Assembly: GCA_035464655.1 (NCBI GenBank)
Contig: DATHRZ010000012.1
Location: forward strand, 4,225 to 68,224
Origin: Gemmatimonadota bacterium
Lineage (GTDB): Bacteria > Gemmatimonadota > Gemmatimonadetes > Palauibacterales > Palauibacteraceae
Direction: 5' to 3'
DNA: 64,000 bases
Every line of letters starts with the position of its first letter. The first letter of the stretch is position 1. Below the pieces are notes generated by a model. It was not told where the DNA came from, did not search any database, and saw only the letters and a list, made by a program, of their open reading frames with translations. Below are positions 10,559 through 20,495 of the stretch, piece by piece. The position numbers and the translations under genes were made by a program.

Positions 10559-12493
10559 TCAGCGCAGGCCGATCCTGCGCCGCCAGTACCACTCTCCGCA
10601 CAACATTAGGGCCGCGAGCACGAAGGGCCACATCGCCCGTCCGCCCGTGGCGGCGGCACCCGCGGATCCGACCGTCGTGCCCACCAGCTCCCGCCCGACC
10701 GGTCGGGCCGGGAGCTCGCGTTCGGCGCCCTCGACCTCGAACGGCCGACCCGTGCGGAACGCCTCGCCGGCCGCGATGCCTTCGGCCACGAAACTGTGGG
10801 AGCCCGCCGGGGCCGGCGGTCCGGCGAGGGAGGCCCCGGGCGCCGCCGCCGTGTCTTCCCAGATCACGGTTCCGGCCGAATCCTGGATCGCGATCCGCAG
10901 GTCGCTCACCCCCGACGCCACTCTCCAGCTCACGGGTTCTCCGGCCGCCAGGCGTCTTCGAGCCAGCTCGACGGGACGGCGTTCAGGCGCCTCGAGCAGC
11001 CAGCTTGCGAGGCCGGCGAACAGCGAGCGATAGGCCTGCCGCGCCTCCCCGCCGCGCGACGCCCAGCGCCACGTGCCTTCGGCCGCGACGACCACGCGCC
11101 GCCGGTCCCCCGAGCGTGCGGCACCGATCGGTGCCCGTCCGGCGCCGGAGCGATTCCGCCGGAGCTCCAGGGGCGCCCATTCGTGCCCCTGCAGGTCGAA
11201 CAGGCGACTGACGGGGGGAAGCGCGGGATGATCGAGACCGCCGAGGAAGCCGGCGATCGGGCTCGGCGGCAGCGGACCTCCCGGATACCATTCTCCCGCT
11301 TGCGGCCCCCCGACGCGAAGCCCGGAGCCCGGCACGACGCCCGCGCCCCGGGCGAACCAGAGCACGCGCGGATGGCGGGCGGCCAGCGCGTCGAGCCACG
11401 CCGGTCCGGCCCCCGGCGTCCCCTGTACGACCAGCAACTCGGCCCGTGCGGCGTCGCGCCGGACGCGGTCGGCGTCACCCGTCGGCACGCGCTCCGTACC
11501 GGATCGAATCCAGCGATCGGGCCCCACTCTCAGCCACGCGCGCGCGCCCCCGGCGGTGGACCGCGCCAGCACGGGCAGAAGGTAGTGCGGCTCCCAGTCG
11601 GGATCGGCCGCCACTATCACGGCGCCGGCGGCCGTCGGTACGATCTCGATCCACACGCGATGGCGTGGACCGGGGCCGAGGGGATCCGCATCGGGTTCGA
11701 GCCGGATGTCGTACGCCCGCCAGGCGTCGCCCCCCCCTTCGAGCGCCACGACGCCTACCGGCACGCGGCGGGTTCGACCGGGCGTCGGCGCCTCGAAGCC
11801 GACGATCGACCGGGCCCCGTCGGGGCCCGTCACCGAGAGCGACGCGGAATCGGCAAGCCTCGTGTCGCCGATCCCTGCAACTTCGACGACGAGGCGGATC
11901 GTATCGCCGGCCTCGGCGGCGGCCGGCGCGTCGACGCCGCGGATGGCGAGCCTGGCCGGACGCTCCGCCACCCGCACTTCGCGGACGGTGAGGCCGAGTC
12001 TGCGCGCTACCGGGCGGGCCTCCTCGCGGTCGTCGAGCTCTCCGTCGGTGAGGAGCACGACACGGTCGGCACCGGCCGCGCGCGCCGCTTCGAGAGCCGG
12101 CACGACGCGACTCGCCACATCCGCCGGGCCGGCGCCGTGGTCTTCGGCCGCGGCGCGTGCCGAATCGCCGAACCACACCGTCGTTTCCCGTTCGATGTCA
12201 CGGGCAAGGAGCGCCGTGGAGTCGGCCCGTGACATGCCGCCCGGGGAAGCCGGCAGGGACATGCTGAGGGATCGATCGACGAGAAGGGCGGTGGTCGGTC
12301 GGTCGCCGCCGGCACCGGAGAACGGGGAGGGAAGCCACCAGCCGGCGAGCAGCAGGAAGAGCGCGCATCCGCGCAGTATGGCAGGGCCGGCGCGGCCGGG
12401 AACCGGCTCTTCGAGCCTGGCGTACGCCCACCAGCTCACCGCGGCGCCCACGAGCGCCGCGAGTACGACGGGAATCAGGCCGCCCGCTGCCAC
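10559..12493 (-). CDS. membrane protein with von Willebrand factor A domain (BatA-like N-terminus)
   Basis: Two N-terminal TM helices, MIDAS-like D-R-S-L-S, VVLLTDGE, C-terminal TM; 644 aa. Confidence 0.55.
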   Translation of the reverse strand: MAAGGLIPVVLAALVGAAVSWWAYARLEEPVPGRAGPAILRGCALFLLLAGWWLPSPFSGAGGDRPTTALLVDRSLSMSLPASPGGMSRADSTALLARDIERETTVWFGDSARAAAEDHGAGPADVASRVVPALEAARAAGADRVVLLTDGELDDREEARPVARRLGLTVREVRVAERPARLAIRGVDAPAAAEAGDTIRLVVEVAGIGDTRLADSASLSVTGPDGARSIVGFEAPTPGRTRRVPVGVVALEGGGDAWRAYDIRLEPDADPLGPGPRHRVWIEIVPTAAGAVIVAADPDWEPHYLLPVLARSTAGGARAWLRVGPDRWIRSGTERVPTGDADRVRRDAARAELLVVQGTPGAGPAWLDALAARHPRVLWFARGAGVVPGSGLRVGGPQAGEWYPGGPLPPSPIAGFLGGLDHPALPPVSRLFDLQGHEWAPLELRRNRSGAGRAPIGAARSGDRRRVVVAAEGTWRWASRGGEARQAYRSLFAGLASWLLEAPERRPVELARRRLAAGEPVSWRVASGVSDLRIAIQDSAGTVIWEDTAAAPGASLAGPPAPAGSHSFVAEGIAAGEAFRTGRPFEVEGAERELPARPVGRELVGTTVGSAGAAATGGRAMWPFVLAALMLCGEWYWRRRIGLR

Positions 12494-12506
12494 GTCCGGC
12501 GTCGAC

Positions 12507-13769
12507 TCAGTCGGCTACCCGGGCGATCACCGGCTCCTCGATCGGTATGGCCGGGAGGTCGAACCCGTCGAGCAAGCCGAGCGCCCGGTCCCTCGAAGCG
12601 TTGAACTCCGCCATGTATTCCTGCTCGAGCGCGGGCGCGGACGGCAGGTCGATGCTCGCCGGATTCCGGTGTCGACCGCCCTGCAGGAACTCGTAGTGCA
12701 GGTGCGCCCCGGTCGCGAGACCCGTCGCACCGACCCGCCCGATTACCTCGCCCTGGTCCACGGGCTGCCCCACCCGAACACCGATCGAGCTGAGGTGGGC
12801 GTAACGCGTCGTGATCCCCTTCGCGTGCCGCACCTCGACCATGCGTCCGTAACCGCCCCACGTACCGGCGCGCGTGACTGTGCCTGCCGCGGTCGCCTTT
12901 ACCGGGGTACCGTAGGGCGCCCCGTAGTCGGTACCGAGGTGCGCCCGGCGGACCTTGAGCACGGGATGATAGCGTCGCGACGAGAAGCTGCTCGTGATTC
13001 GGAAGTCGACCGGGTAGCGCAGGAACGACCCCCGCATCGCATCGCCGTTGAAGTCGAAGTACTCCCGGTTCCCGTCGGGGCGGGTGAACGGGATCGCCTG
13101 CAGGCGCTTGCCGCGGTTCATCAGCTCGACCACGAGGAACTTCCGCTCGCGCACGCTGCCGTCGGGCCGGCGCTCGCGCTCAACGGCCACGCGAAACGCG
13201 TCGCCCCGCCGAATATCCCGCGTGAAGTCGATCTTCCACATGAACACGTCTGCCAGGTGGAAGACGTACTCCTTGAACTCGTTCTCGCCCATGCGATCGA
13301 CGTCGCCCGACAGGCTCGCGAACCACAGGCTCGATTCGATCAGGCCGGCAAAGCGGATCGTGTCGATCACCACCGGGACCTCGTGCACGCGGGCCGCCCA
13401 CCCCTCGTCGCCGGCCGACAGTTCGACGAGGGAATCCGGGTTGACGAGCAGATGCACCGTCTCGGGCGGCTGCTCGGGGCGGCCAGAGAACCGGGCCACC
13501 ATGCCGGCCTGCAGGCGACGCGGGCTCTTCACCTCGCGCACGACCTGCGTGAAGGCGTAGGCTGCGGGCGGGTCGAACCCGTTGTCGACCAGCAGCTCGG
13601 CCAGGGTTTCACCGCTGTCGAGAGTATCGTAGACCGTGACGGGCGGCGGGGGCACGGGGACGACCACTTGCCTTACCGGCGGGGTTTCCGCGGCTCCACC
13701 CAGCGATGACGCGGCCAGCCAGAACAGGCCCAGGGCCCCGGCCCCGGTCGCCAGCACCCTGCGCATCAT
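12507..13769 (-). CDS. M23 family metallopeptidase (murein endopeptidase-like)
   Basis: Signal peptide from MMRRVLATGAGALGLFWLAA; HLGTDY and HLHYE zinc motifs of peptidase M23. Confidence 0.75.
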   Translation of the reverse strand: MMRRVLATGAGALGLFWLAASSLGGAAETPPVRQVVVPVPPPPVTVYDTLDSGETLAELLVDNGFDPPAAYAFTQVVREVKSPRRLQAGMVARFSGRPEQPPETVHLLVNPDSLVELSAGDEGWAARVHEVPVVIDTIRFAGLIESSLWFASLSGDVDRMGENEFKEYVFHLADVFMWKIDFTRDIRRGDAFRVAVERERRPDGSVRERKFLVVELMNRGKRLQAIPFTRPDGNREYFDFNGDAMRGSFLRYPVDFRITSSFSSRRYHPVLKVRRAHLGTDYGAPYGTPVKATAAGTVTRAGTWGGYGRMVEVRHAKGITTRYAHLSSIGVRVGQPVDQGEVIGRVGATGLATGAHLHYEFLQGGRHRNPASIDLPSAPALEQEYMAEFNASRDRALGLLDGFDLPAIPIEEPVIARVAD

Positions 13770-13856
13770 GAACGTTCCGCCGTCCCGTTCCGTTTCGATC
13801 ACCTCGTCCTGTCTCCTCGGTCTCGCGGGTCTCGCCCGTCGGTCGGACCGCGCCCG

Positions 13857-15047
13857 TCAGTCCATCTGACGCCGGATGAAGGTCGGAATCTCCAGATCCT
13901 CCAGTGGAGCCCGCCCGACAGCCGTCGTCTCGAAGGCGAAGGAACTCGTCTTTTTGCCGATTTCCGGAGCCGGCGTCCTCGTACCCGAGGGCATCAGCCG
14001 CGGTCCGTCGTCCGGGTTGTTCGCCTTCGCCGGCGGCGTCGTCGCCGGCACGACCTTGAGGGTCGGAACCGGCTCTTCCTCTTCGACCTCCGCCCCGAAG
14101 CCGGTCGCGATGACCGTGACCCGAACGTGTCCGTCTAGTTCCGGATCGTGAACGGCGCCGAAGATCATCTCCGCGTCGTCGCCCACGGCTTCCTGGACGA
14201 TCGAGTTGATCGTCGTGACTTCATCGATTGCAAGGTCGGAGCCACCGGAGATGTTCACGAGCACGCCCGTAGCGCCGAGTATCGATACGCTGTCGAGCAG
14301 CGGGGAGCAAATGGCCTGCTGCGCGGCCTCGACGGCCCGTTCCTCGCCCGTCGCCTCGCCCGTGCCCATGAGGGCGGCGCCCCGGTTCGACATCACGGTA
14401 CGAACGTCGGCGAAGTCGACGTTCACGTCCCCCGTAACGCTGATCAGGTCGCTGATTCCCTGCGTAGCGTGCAGAAGTACCTCGTCGGCCTTCTTCAGGG
14501 CGTCCCGGAAGGTCGTTCCCTTTCCGACCACCGACAGCAGCTTCTCGTTCGGCACGACGATCATCGTGTCGACCGACCGGCGCAGATCACGCAGTCCGAG
14601 GTCGGCGTGACGCATCCGCTTCCGGCCCTCGAACTGGAACGGGCGCGACACGATCGCGATCACCAGGGCGCCGAGTTCACTTGCAATCTGCCCGACCCGC
14701 GGCGCCGCGCCGGTCCCCGTGCCTCCGCCCATCCCGGCGGTGACGAACACGAGATCGGCGCCTTCGAGGGCCTGGCGCACCTCCTCCTCGTTCTCGGCCA
14801 TCGCCTGCCGACCGACCTCCGGCCGCGCACCGGCACCGAGGCCGCGCGTCAACTTGCGACCGATCTGGATTTTCACGTGCGCGTCACATTCCTTGAGCGC
14901 CTGCGCATCGGTGTTGATCGCGACGAACTCCACCCCGTCGAGATTCTCGGCGATCATCCGGTTCACGGCGTTGCCGCCCGCGCCCCCGACGCCTACGACC
15001 TTCATGCGGGCATTGCTGCTCACGCCCTCGTCGAATTCGAAGACCAT
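13857..15047 (-). CDS. ftsZ: cell division GTPase FtsZ
   Basis: GGGTGTG tubulin signature; start moved to MVFEFDE, which is preceded by AGGAGG. Confidence 0.95.
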   Translation of the reverse strand: MVFEFDEGVSSNARMKVVGVGGAGGNAVNRMIAENLDGVEFVAINTDAQALKECDAHVKIQIGRKLTRGLGAGARPEVGRQAMAENEEEVRQALEGADLVFVTAGMGGGTGTGAAPRVGQIASELGALVIAIVSRPFQFEGRKRMRHADLGLRDLRRSVDTMIVVPNEKLLSVVGKGTTFRDALKKADEVLLHATQGISDLISVTGDVNVDFADVRTVMSNRGAALMGTGEATGEERAVEAAQQAICSPLLDSVSILGATGVLVNISGGSDLAIDEVTTINSIVQEAVGDDAEMIFGAVHDPELDGHVRVTVIATGFGAEVEEEEPVPTLKVVPATTPPAKANNPDDGPRLMPSGTRTPAPEIGKKTSSFAFETTAVGRAPLEDLEIPTFIRRQMD

Positions 15048-15095
15048 CTGTCCCTCCTGTTGTGGATGGTTTTCCACCTGCTGCGTGCGTTTCAT

Positions 15096-16325
15096 CTAGA
15101 AAAATTCGCGGATCCAGCCGCCGACCCGGCTCAGGGTGCGCGCGACCGCGCTCCCGCCGTTGTCGAGCCGCCGATGCCGTCCGTACAGGGCCAAACCGAC
15201 CGCCGCCGCGCACTCCGGCCGGCGCACGGCCTCGACGACACCGTCGAGACCGGCTCCGGGGAGTCCGCGCGCCACCGGCAGATTGAGGACCTCCTGGGCG
15301 AGCTCGATGACCCCGTCGAGCTCGACGCCGCCGCCCGTCAGCACGACCCCCCCGGGCAGCTCGTCGATCAGGCCGTGCGTGTCGAGCTCCTCGAACACGA
15401 GCCCGAGAATCTCGTCGAGTCGCTGTTCGATGATGTGGGCGAGCAACTCGCGCGAGACCTCGCGCCGGCCGGCGGGCGTCGGGCCCGAGATCTCGAACTT
15501 CTCGGCCGCGTCCACCCGCCGGGTCTGTGCGCTGCCGTAGAGCGCCTTCAGCGTCTCGGCCTCCGCCTCGGGAACGCCGAGTCCCCTGGCGATGTCCCGG
15601 GTGACGGTCGCGGCGCCCCACGGCAGGGTGCGCGCGAGCCGCAGGCGCTCGTCCTTGAACGCGAGGATCTCGGTCGAGCCGCCCCCGATCTCGACGAGCA
15701 CGGTGCCGGCGACGCGGCCCGCCTCGGTGAGCACTGACAGGCTGCTGGCGAGCGGCGTGAGAACCAGCTCTTCGATCCGGTAGCCGGCCCGGTCGATCGC
15801 CTTGCGTAGGTTCTGACAGGCGGCGCTGTCGGCCGAGATCACGCTGACCTCCGACTCGAGACGGGTCGCCTCCATACCCGTCGGGTCCTGGATGCCCGCC
15901 CGGCCGTCGACGATGTAGTCCTGTGGAATCGCGTGTAGGATCTCGCGGTCGGGCGGCAGCACGACCGCCTGGGCCACCTCGTGGACGTTCTCGATGTCGC
16001 GCGGCATGATCTCGCGCCCCGAGATCGCCACGACGCCCACCGAGCGGTCGATCACGATGTGGTTCCCGCCGACGCCGGCGAATACGGTCTGCGCCTCGAC
16101 ACCCGCCATGTCCTCGGCCTCGCGCAGGGCCGTCCGGATCGACTCGGTCGCCGCCTCGATGTTGGCCACCGAGCGTTGCCGAACGCCCTCGGTAGGCGCG
16201 TGCCCGACCCCGATGACCTCGGGCCGCTCCTGTTCGGCAAACGCGGCACCCGGGTCGAGGATCACCGCGCAGGTCTTCGTCGAGCCGACGTCCAGGCCGA
16301 CGATGTAGCGCGATCCGCCGATCAT
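15096..16325 (-). CDS. ftsA: cell division protein FtsA
   Basis: Actin-fold; N-terminus IVGLDVGSTKT; 409 aa. Confidence 0.9.
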   Translation of the reverse strand: MIGGSRYIVGLDVGSTKTCAVILDPGAAFAEQERPEVIGVGHAPTEGVRQRSVANIEAATESIRTALREAEDMAGVEAQTVFAGVGGNHIVIDRSVGVVAISGREIMPRDIENVHEVAQAVVLPPDREILHAIPQDYIVDGRAGIQDPTGMEATRLESEVSVISADSAACQNLRKAIDRAGYRIEELVLTPLASSLSVLTEAGRVAGTVLVEIGGGSTEILAFKDERLRLARTLPWGAATVTRDIARGLGVPEAEAETLKALYGSAQTRRVDAAEKFEISGPTPAGRREVSRELLAHIIEQRLDEILGLVFEELDTHGLIDELPGGVVLTGGGVELDGVIELAQEVLNLPVARGLPGAGLDGVVEAVRRPECAAAVGLALYGRHRRLDNGGSAVARTLSRVGGWIREFF

Positions 16326-17057
16326 TGGCTCCTCCCCATGCGGATCACCACTTCGTTCTCGTATCGCGCGTCGGCCTCGCGCACGGGCCCGCGTGCCTCC
16401 GCCAGGCTGACGGCGCTGCCGACTCGCAGGAAGGCGGCGGCGGCGTCACGAATCGGCAGCACGACCCGATCGAGCGGACTGCCCGGGAGCAGCAGGAATT
16501 CGACCGACGTGCCCCGCAGCGGACGGATCTCGGAGATGCGGCGCGTGAACGCCGAGTCGAGGGCACTCACCTGGTCGAGTACCTCGAGTGCCAGGCGCGC
16601 CGCCTCGGGCTCGACACGGCCGTCTGTTACGTCGGCGCCGACGAGTATCGGCAGATCGAGGGCGCTGCCGGCCGGATCGAGGGCGAGGGCCCGTCCCGCC
16701 GCATCCACCGGGACGAGCTCGGGGGTCGAGACGAACGCCACCGGTTGCACCTCACGGATCACGACGTCGACGCGGTGGATACCGGCCCGCCGCACGCTGG
16801 CCTCGAGGAGGAGCGGATGCTCGGCCAGGCGGTTCTCGATCGGCCGCATGTCGTCCCATACCGACGCCTCCGGCCCGAACGCCGCGAGAGCGCGGATCTG
16901 TTCGGCGGGCACGAAGTGCGCCCCGCGGACCCGCACGTCCTCGACGCCGAAGATCGGCACGTTTCGAAGGGCCACGGGTCCCCAGACCGGGCTCAGCACC
17001 CCGATGGTGCCGGCCGTGACGACCACCAGCAGGCGGCTCCGCAGGCGCCGGTTCACG
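16322..17057 (-). CDS. ftsQ: cell division protein FtsQ/DivIB
   Basis: GTG start preceded by GGAGAGGGAGGGG; single TM then POTRA-like region; GTGA overlap with the murB stop. Confidence 0.65.
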
Positions 17058-17994
17058 TCGCCCCTCCCTCTCCGGACCCCGCCGCGTCGGGCGCGCCCAC
17101 GGCGGCCAGCTCGTCGGCGGAGAACCCCCACAGCCGGATCTCCGGCGACAGCAGGACGCCCGTTTCTTCGTGCACCCGGCGCCGGGTTTCCGCCATCAGC
17201 CACCAGACGTCGGCCGCCGTGGCTTCACCGAGATTGGCGATGAAGTTGGCATGCCGTTCGGCGATCTGGGCATCGCCTCGCCGCGCCCCGCGCATGCCGA
17301 CCCGATCGACGAGCTGCCAGGCGCCGGTCCACGGCGCGCCGGGATTCCTCCAGATCGAGCCGCAGGACGGGAGATCGTAGACCTGGGCCTCGACCTTCGC
17401 GCGGCGGCGCGCGAAGTGCTCCTTCTCGACGTCTTCCGCGTCGCCGATCGTCGCGGCGAAGCGCGCGGCGACGAAGATCCACGGCTCCGGCACGTCGACC
17501 GTGCGGTAGGCCGGACGCGCCTCGGCCGGAGTCAGACGCACCGTTTCGCCGGCCGGTGTGATCGCCTCGGCCCACTCCACGCAGTCCCAGAGCCCGACCT
17601 CCACCGAGCCGGCGTTCATGCGCAATCCCCCGCCGACGCTGCCGGGCACCGCCTCGAGAAAGCTCCAGCCCTCGAACGCGGCCCGCCGCGCCTCGCCGAC
17701 CAGGGCCGGAAGGCCCGCGGCCCCACCGGCCTCGAGGTGATCGTCCTCCACGCGCAGGGCGCCGAACTCCCCCGCCAGGACGAGCACCCGCTCGGCCACG
17801 CCGCCATCCGACACCAGCAGGTTCGCCCCGCGTCCGAGCACGCGATACGGGGCGCCCGCCAGGCCGGCGAGCGCCTCGATCAGCGCGGCCCGGCCCTCGG
17901 CGTGCCCGAGGGCTGGCGTCGGACCGCCGATCCGGTAACGGGTGTGCTCGGCGAGTCGCACGTCAGCCTCCCAATGCATCGGGGTGTCCGGCAT
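17053..17994 (-). CDS. murB: UDP-N-acetylenolpyruvoylglucosamine reductase
   Basis: FAD-binding N-terminus (RYRIGGP, GRGANLLVSDGG); 313 aa. Confidence 0.85.
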   Translation of the reverse strand: MPDTPMHWEADVRLAEHTRYRIGGPTPALGHAEGRAALIEALAGLAGAPYRVLGRGANLLVSDGGVAERVLVLAGEFGALRVEDDHLEAGGAAGLPALVGEARRAAFEGWSFLEAVPGSVGGGLRMNAGSVEVGLWDCVEWAEAITPAGETVRLTPAEARPAYRTVDVPEPWIFVAARFAATIGDAEDVEKEHFARRRAKVEAQVYDLPSCGSIWRNPGAPWTGAWQLVDRVGMRGARRGDAQIAERHANFIANLGEATAADVWWLMAETRRRVHEETGVLLSPEIRLWGFSADELAAVGAPDAAGSGEGGAT

Positions 17995-19366
17995 GCGCGG
18001 CCCGTGCCGCGTCGTGAGCGAGTCTGGTCACGTCGCCCGCCCCCATGAACGCGAGCACGCTGGGTCGGTCGACCCGCACGAGACCGTCGACCTGGTCGGG
18101 CTCGAGCGGTTCGAGACCCCGCCGCGCTCCGAGGATGAGTTCACGCGTGACCCCCGCGATCGGCGCTTCGCGGGCCGGATAGATCGGCAGCACGAGGGCC
18201 CGGTCGGCACGGGCCAGGGCGTCGGCGAACCCGGCGGCCTGGTCCCGCGTTCGCGTGTAGAGGTGCGGCTGGAACACGACGATGAGCCGGCGACCCGGCC
18301 AGGCCGAACGAAGCGCCTCCATTCCCGCGCGCACCTCCGTCGGATGGTGCGCGTAGTCGTCGACCACGACGAGGTCCGCGTCCTCGTGCAGCACCTGGAG
18401 GCGCCGATCCGCGCCCCGGAAGTCTTCGAGGGCCGTCGCCAGGGCGGCCCGGTCGGCGCCGAGCCAGATGGCGGCGGCCAGGGCGGCGGCCGCGTTCTGG
18501 GCGTTGTGCGCGCCGGGCGCCCCGACCCGAAACGGAACGGCCTCGTCCGGACCATGCAGGCGGCACGACTGGCCGGCTCGTCCGGCGTCGAGAACCTCGA
18601 GCCGCCACGTCGACTCGGCGGCGAAGCCATACGTCCGTACTTCCGCCGGCGACCGGACGGAAGGGGCGAGCCGGAGCGCGCCCTCGTCGTCGGCGCACAG
18701 GAGAACCCGCGCGGCCCGAGACACGAACTCTACGAACGCCGCCTCCAGCGAGGCCGCGTCTCCGTAGGTGTCGAGGTGTTCGGGCTCGACGGATGTCACG
18801 ATGGCCAGATCGGGGTCGAGTTCGAGAAACGAACGGTCGTACTCGTCGGCCTCCACCACCGCGAGGTTCCCCGCGCCGATCCGCGAGTTGCCGCCCCAGC
18901 TGCCCACCCGTCCGCCGACGAACGCAAGCGGGTCCAGCCCCGCCCGTTCCACGGCCACGGCCAGCATCGTCGTGACCGTCGTCTTGCCGTGCGTACCCGC
19001 CACGGCGGCCAGCCGTCGGTCGTTGACCAGCGCCCCGAGGGCGCGCGCGCGCTTCAAAGTGGGTACGCCGGCCGCGCGCGCCGCGGCCAGGGCCGGATGA
19101 TCCTCCGGCAGGGCCGAACTGTAGATCACCAGGTCTGCCGCGCGTACCGGCTCGAGCTCGGTCTCCCGATGCACGTCGACGCCGAGGGCCTCGAGGTCGG
19201 CCGCCGCGGCGATCTCCCGATCCGAACCGGCCACTGTGCACCCGCGAGCCATCAGGGCCGGCACGAGGGCACGCATTCCCGCGCCCGCGAGGCCGAGGAA
19301 AAACACCGAACCGCCGGCGGGCGGGAGATCGGACGGACGCGCGAGTCGCGGCTCAGTCATCGGCAT
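17963..19366 (-). CDS. murC: UDP-N-acetylmuramate--L-alanine ligase
   Basis: Mur ligase motifs GTHGKTTVT and DEYDRSF; start at MPMTEPR (ATG 19366), not the ORF-track extension. Confidence 0.9.
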   Translation of the reverse strand: MPMTEPRLARPSDLPPAGGSVFFLGLAGAGMRALVPALMARGCTVAGSDREIAAAADLEALGVDVHRETELEPVRAADLVIYSSALPEDHPALAAARAAGVPTLKRARALGALVNDRRLAAVAGTHGKTTVTTMLAVAVERAGLDPLAFVGGRVGSWGGNSRIGAGNLAVVEADEYDRSFLELDPDLAIVTSVEPEHLDTYGDAASLEAAFVEFVSRAARVLLCADDEGALRLAPSVRSPAEVRTYGFAAESTWRLEVLDAGRAGQSCRLHGPDEAVPFRVGAPGAHNAQNAAAALAAAIWLGADRAALATALEDFRGADRRLQVLHEDADLVVVDDYAHHPTEVRAGMEALRSAWPGRRLIVVFQPHLYTRTRDQAAGFADALARADRALVLPIYPAREAPIAGVTRELILGARRGLEPLEPDQVDGLVRVDRPSVLAFMGAGDVTRLAHDAARAAHAGHPDALGG

Positions 19367-20492
19367 GCGACCCTCCCCTGCCCCGCGCGGCGAGTGCGAG
19401 CAGGTCGGCGACGATCCGATCGGCCGCGTCGGGACGCCCGCGCTCCGCCATTCGGTTCGCCATCGCCTGGTGCTTCGCCGGAGCGCCGAGGACCTCGACG
19501 ACGGCCGCCCACAGCGCACCCGGGGCCGTATTTCCCTGCTCGAACACCAGGGCCGCGCCCGCGTCCTCGAGAGCCCGGGCGTTGTGGCGCTGGTGATCGC
19601 CGGCGGCGCTCGGTAGCGGAACCAGCAGGGCGGGCACCCCGACGGCCGCCAGCTCGGCCGAGAACATCGCACCGGCGCGAGCGATCGCGAGGTCGACTCG
19701 ATCGAGCTGCGCACCGAGGCCGTCGATCCAGGGAACGACGCGGATTCGGTCGGCCCACGGAGTGCTCCGAACGGCCGACGTCACCGCTTCTTCGTGCGCA
19801 GGACCGGTGATCCAGACGAGGGTCGTCGCGCTCGGCCATGCCCCGGTGGCCGACAGGTCGCGCAGCAGCATCTCGTTCAGCGCCCGCGCTCCCTGGCTGC
19901 CGCCGGTTACGAGCACGATCTTCCCCGCCGGCCAATCGAACTCGTGAGATTTCGAAGAGGCCGCGTCCGCGGAGGCCGGCAGCGCGACCGGGTTCCCATG
20001 CGCGTGGATCTCCGTTTCCCGTCCTGGCTTCAAGCGGGAGGCCGCCTCGGGGTAGCCCAGGTGCACCTGGTCGACATGGGGGGCCAGCAGGCGCGTGACC
20101 AGCCCGGGCCATGCATTCTGCTCCTGCAGGGCCGTGGGCCGTCGAGCCGCGATCGCGTAGGCGAGTGCCGGCGCCGCCGCGTAGCCCCCCGTTCCGACCG
20201 CGACGTCGGGCCGAAAATTCCGGAAGATCGCGCTGACGCCGCGGAACACGGCCGGGGTGCTGGTCAGCAGCTGCCAGTTGCGCCAAGGACGGCGGCGCGC
20301 CAGGGGCTGCATCGGCAGGAGCTGGTAGGCGAAGCCGCTGTTCGGCAGGACGCGGCTCTCGATTCCGCGTTCCGCGCCCACCAGCAGCAGCTCGCAGGCC
20401 GGCTCGGCCCTCCGCAGCGCCGCTGCCAGATTCAGGGCCGGGACGAGGTGGCCTCCCGTGCCGCCACCCGCGATCAGGATCCGGGACGCCAT
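19353..20492 (-). CDS. murG: undecaprenyldiphospho-muramoylpentapeptide beta-N-acetylglucosaminyltransferase
   Basis: N-terminal GGTGGH motif; GT-B fold; 379 aa. Confidence 0.9.
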   Translation of the reverse strand: MASRILIAGGGTGGHLVPALNLAAALRRAEPACELLLVGAERGIESRVLPNSGFAYQLLPMQPLARRRPWRNWQLLTSTPAVFRGVSAIFRNFRPDVAVGTGGYAAAPALAYAIAARRPTALQEQNAWPGLVTRLLAPHVDQVHLGYPEAASRLKPGRETEIHAHGNPVALPASADAASSKSHEFDWPAGKIVLVTGGSQGARALNEMLLRDLSATGAWPSATTLVWITGPAHEEAVTSAVRSTPWADRIRVVPWIDGLGAQLDRVDLAIARAGAMFSAELAAVGVPALLVPLPSAAGDHQRHNARALEDAGAALVFEQGNTAPGALWAAVVEVLGAPAKHQAMANRMAERGRPDAADRIVADLLALAARGRGGSHADD

Positions 20493-20495
20493 GGC

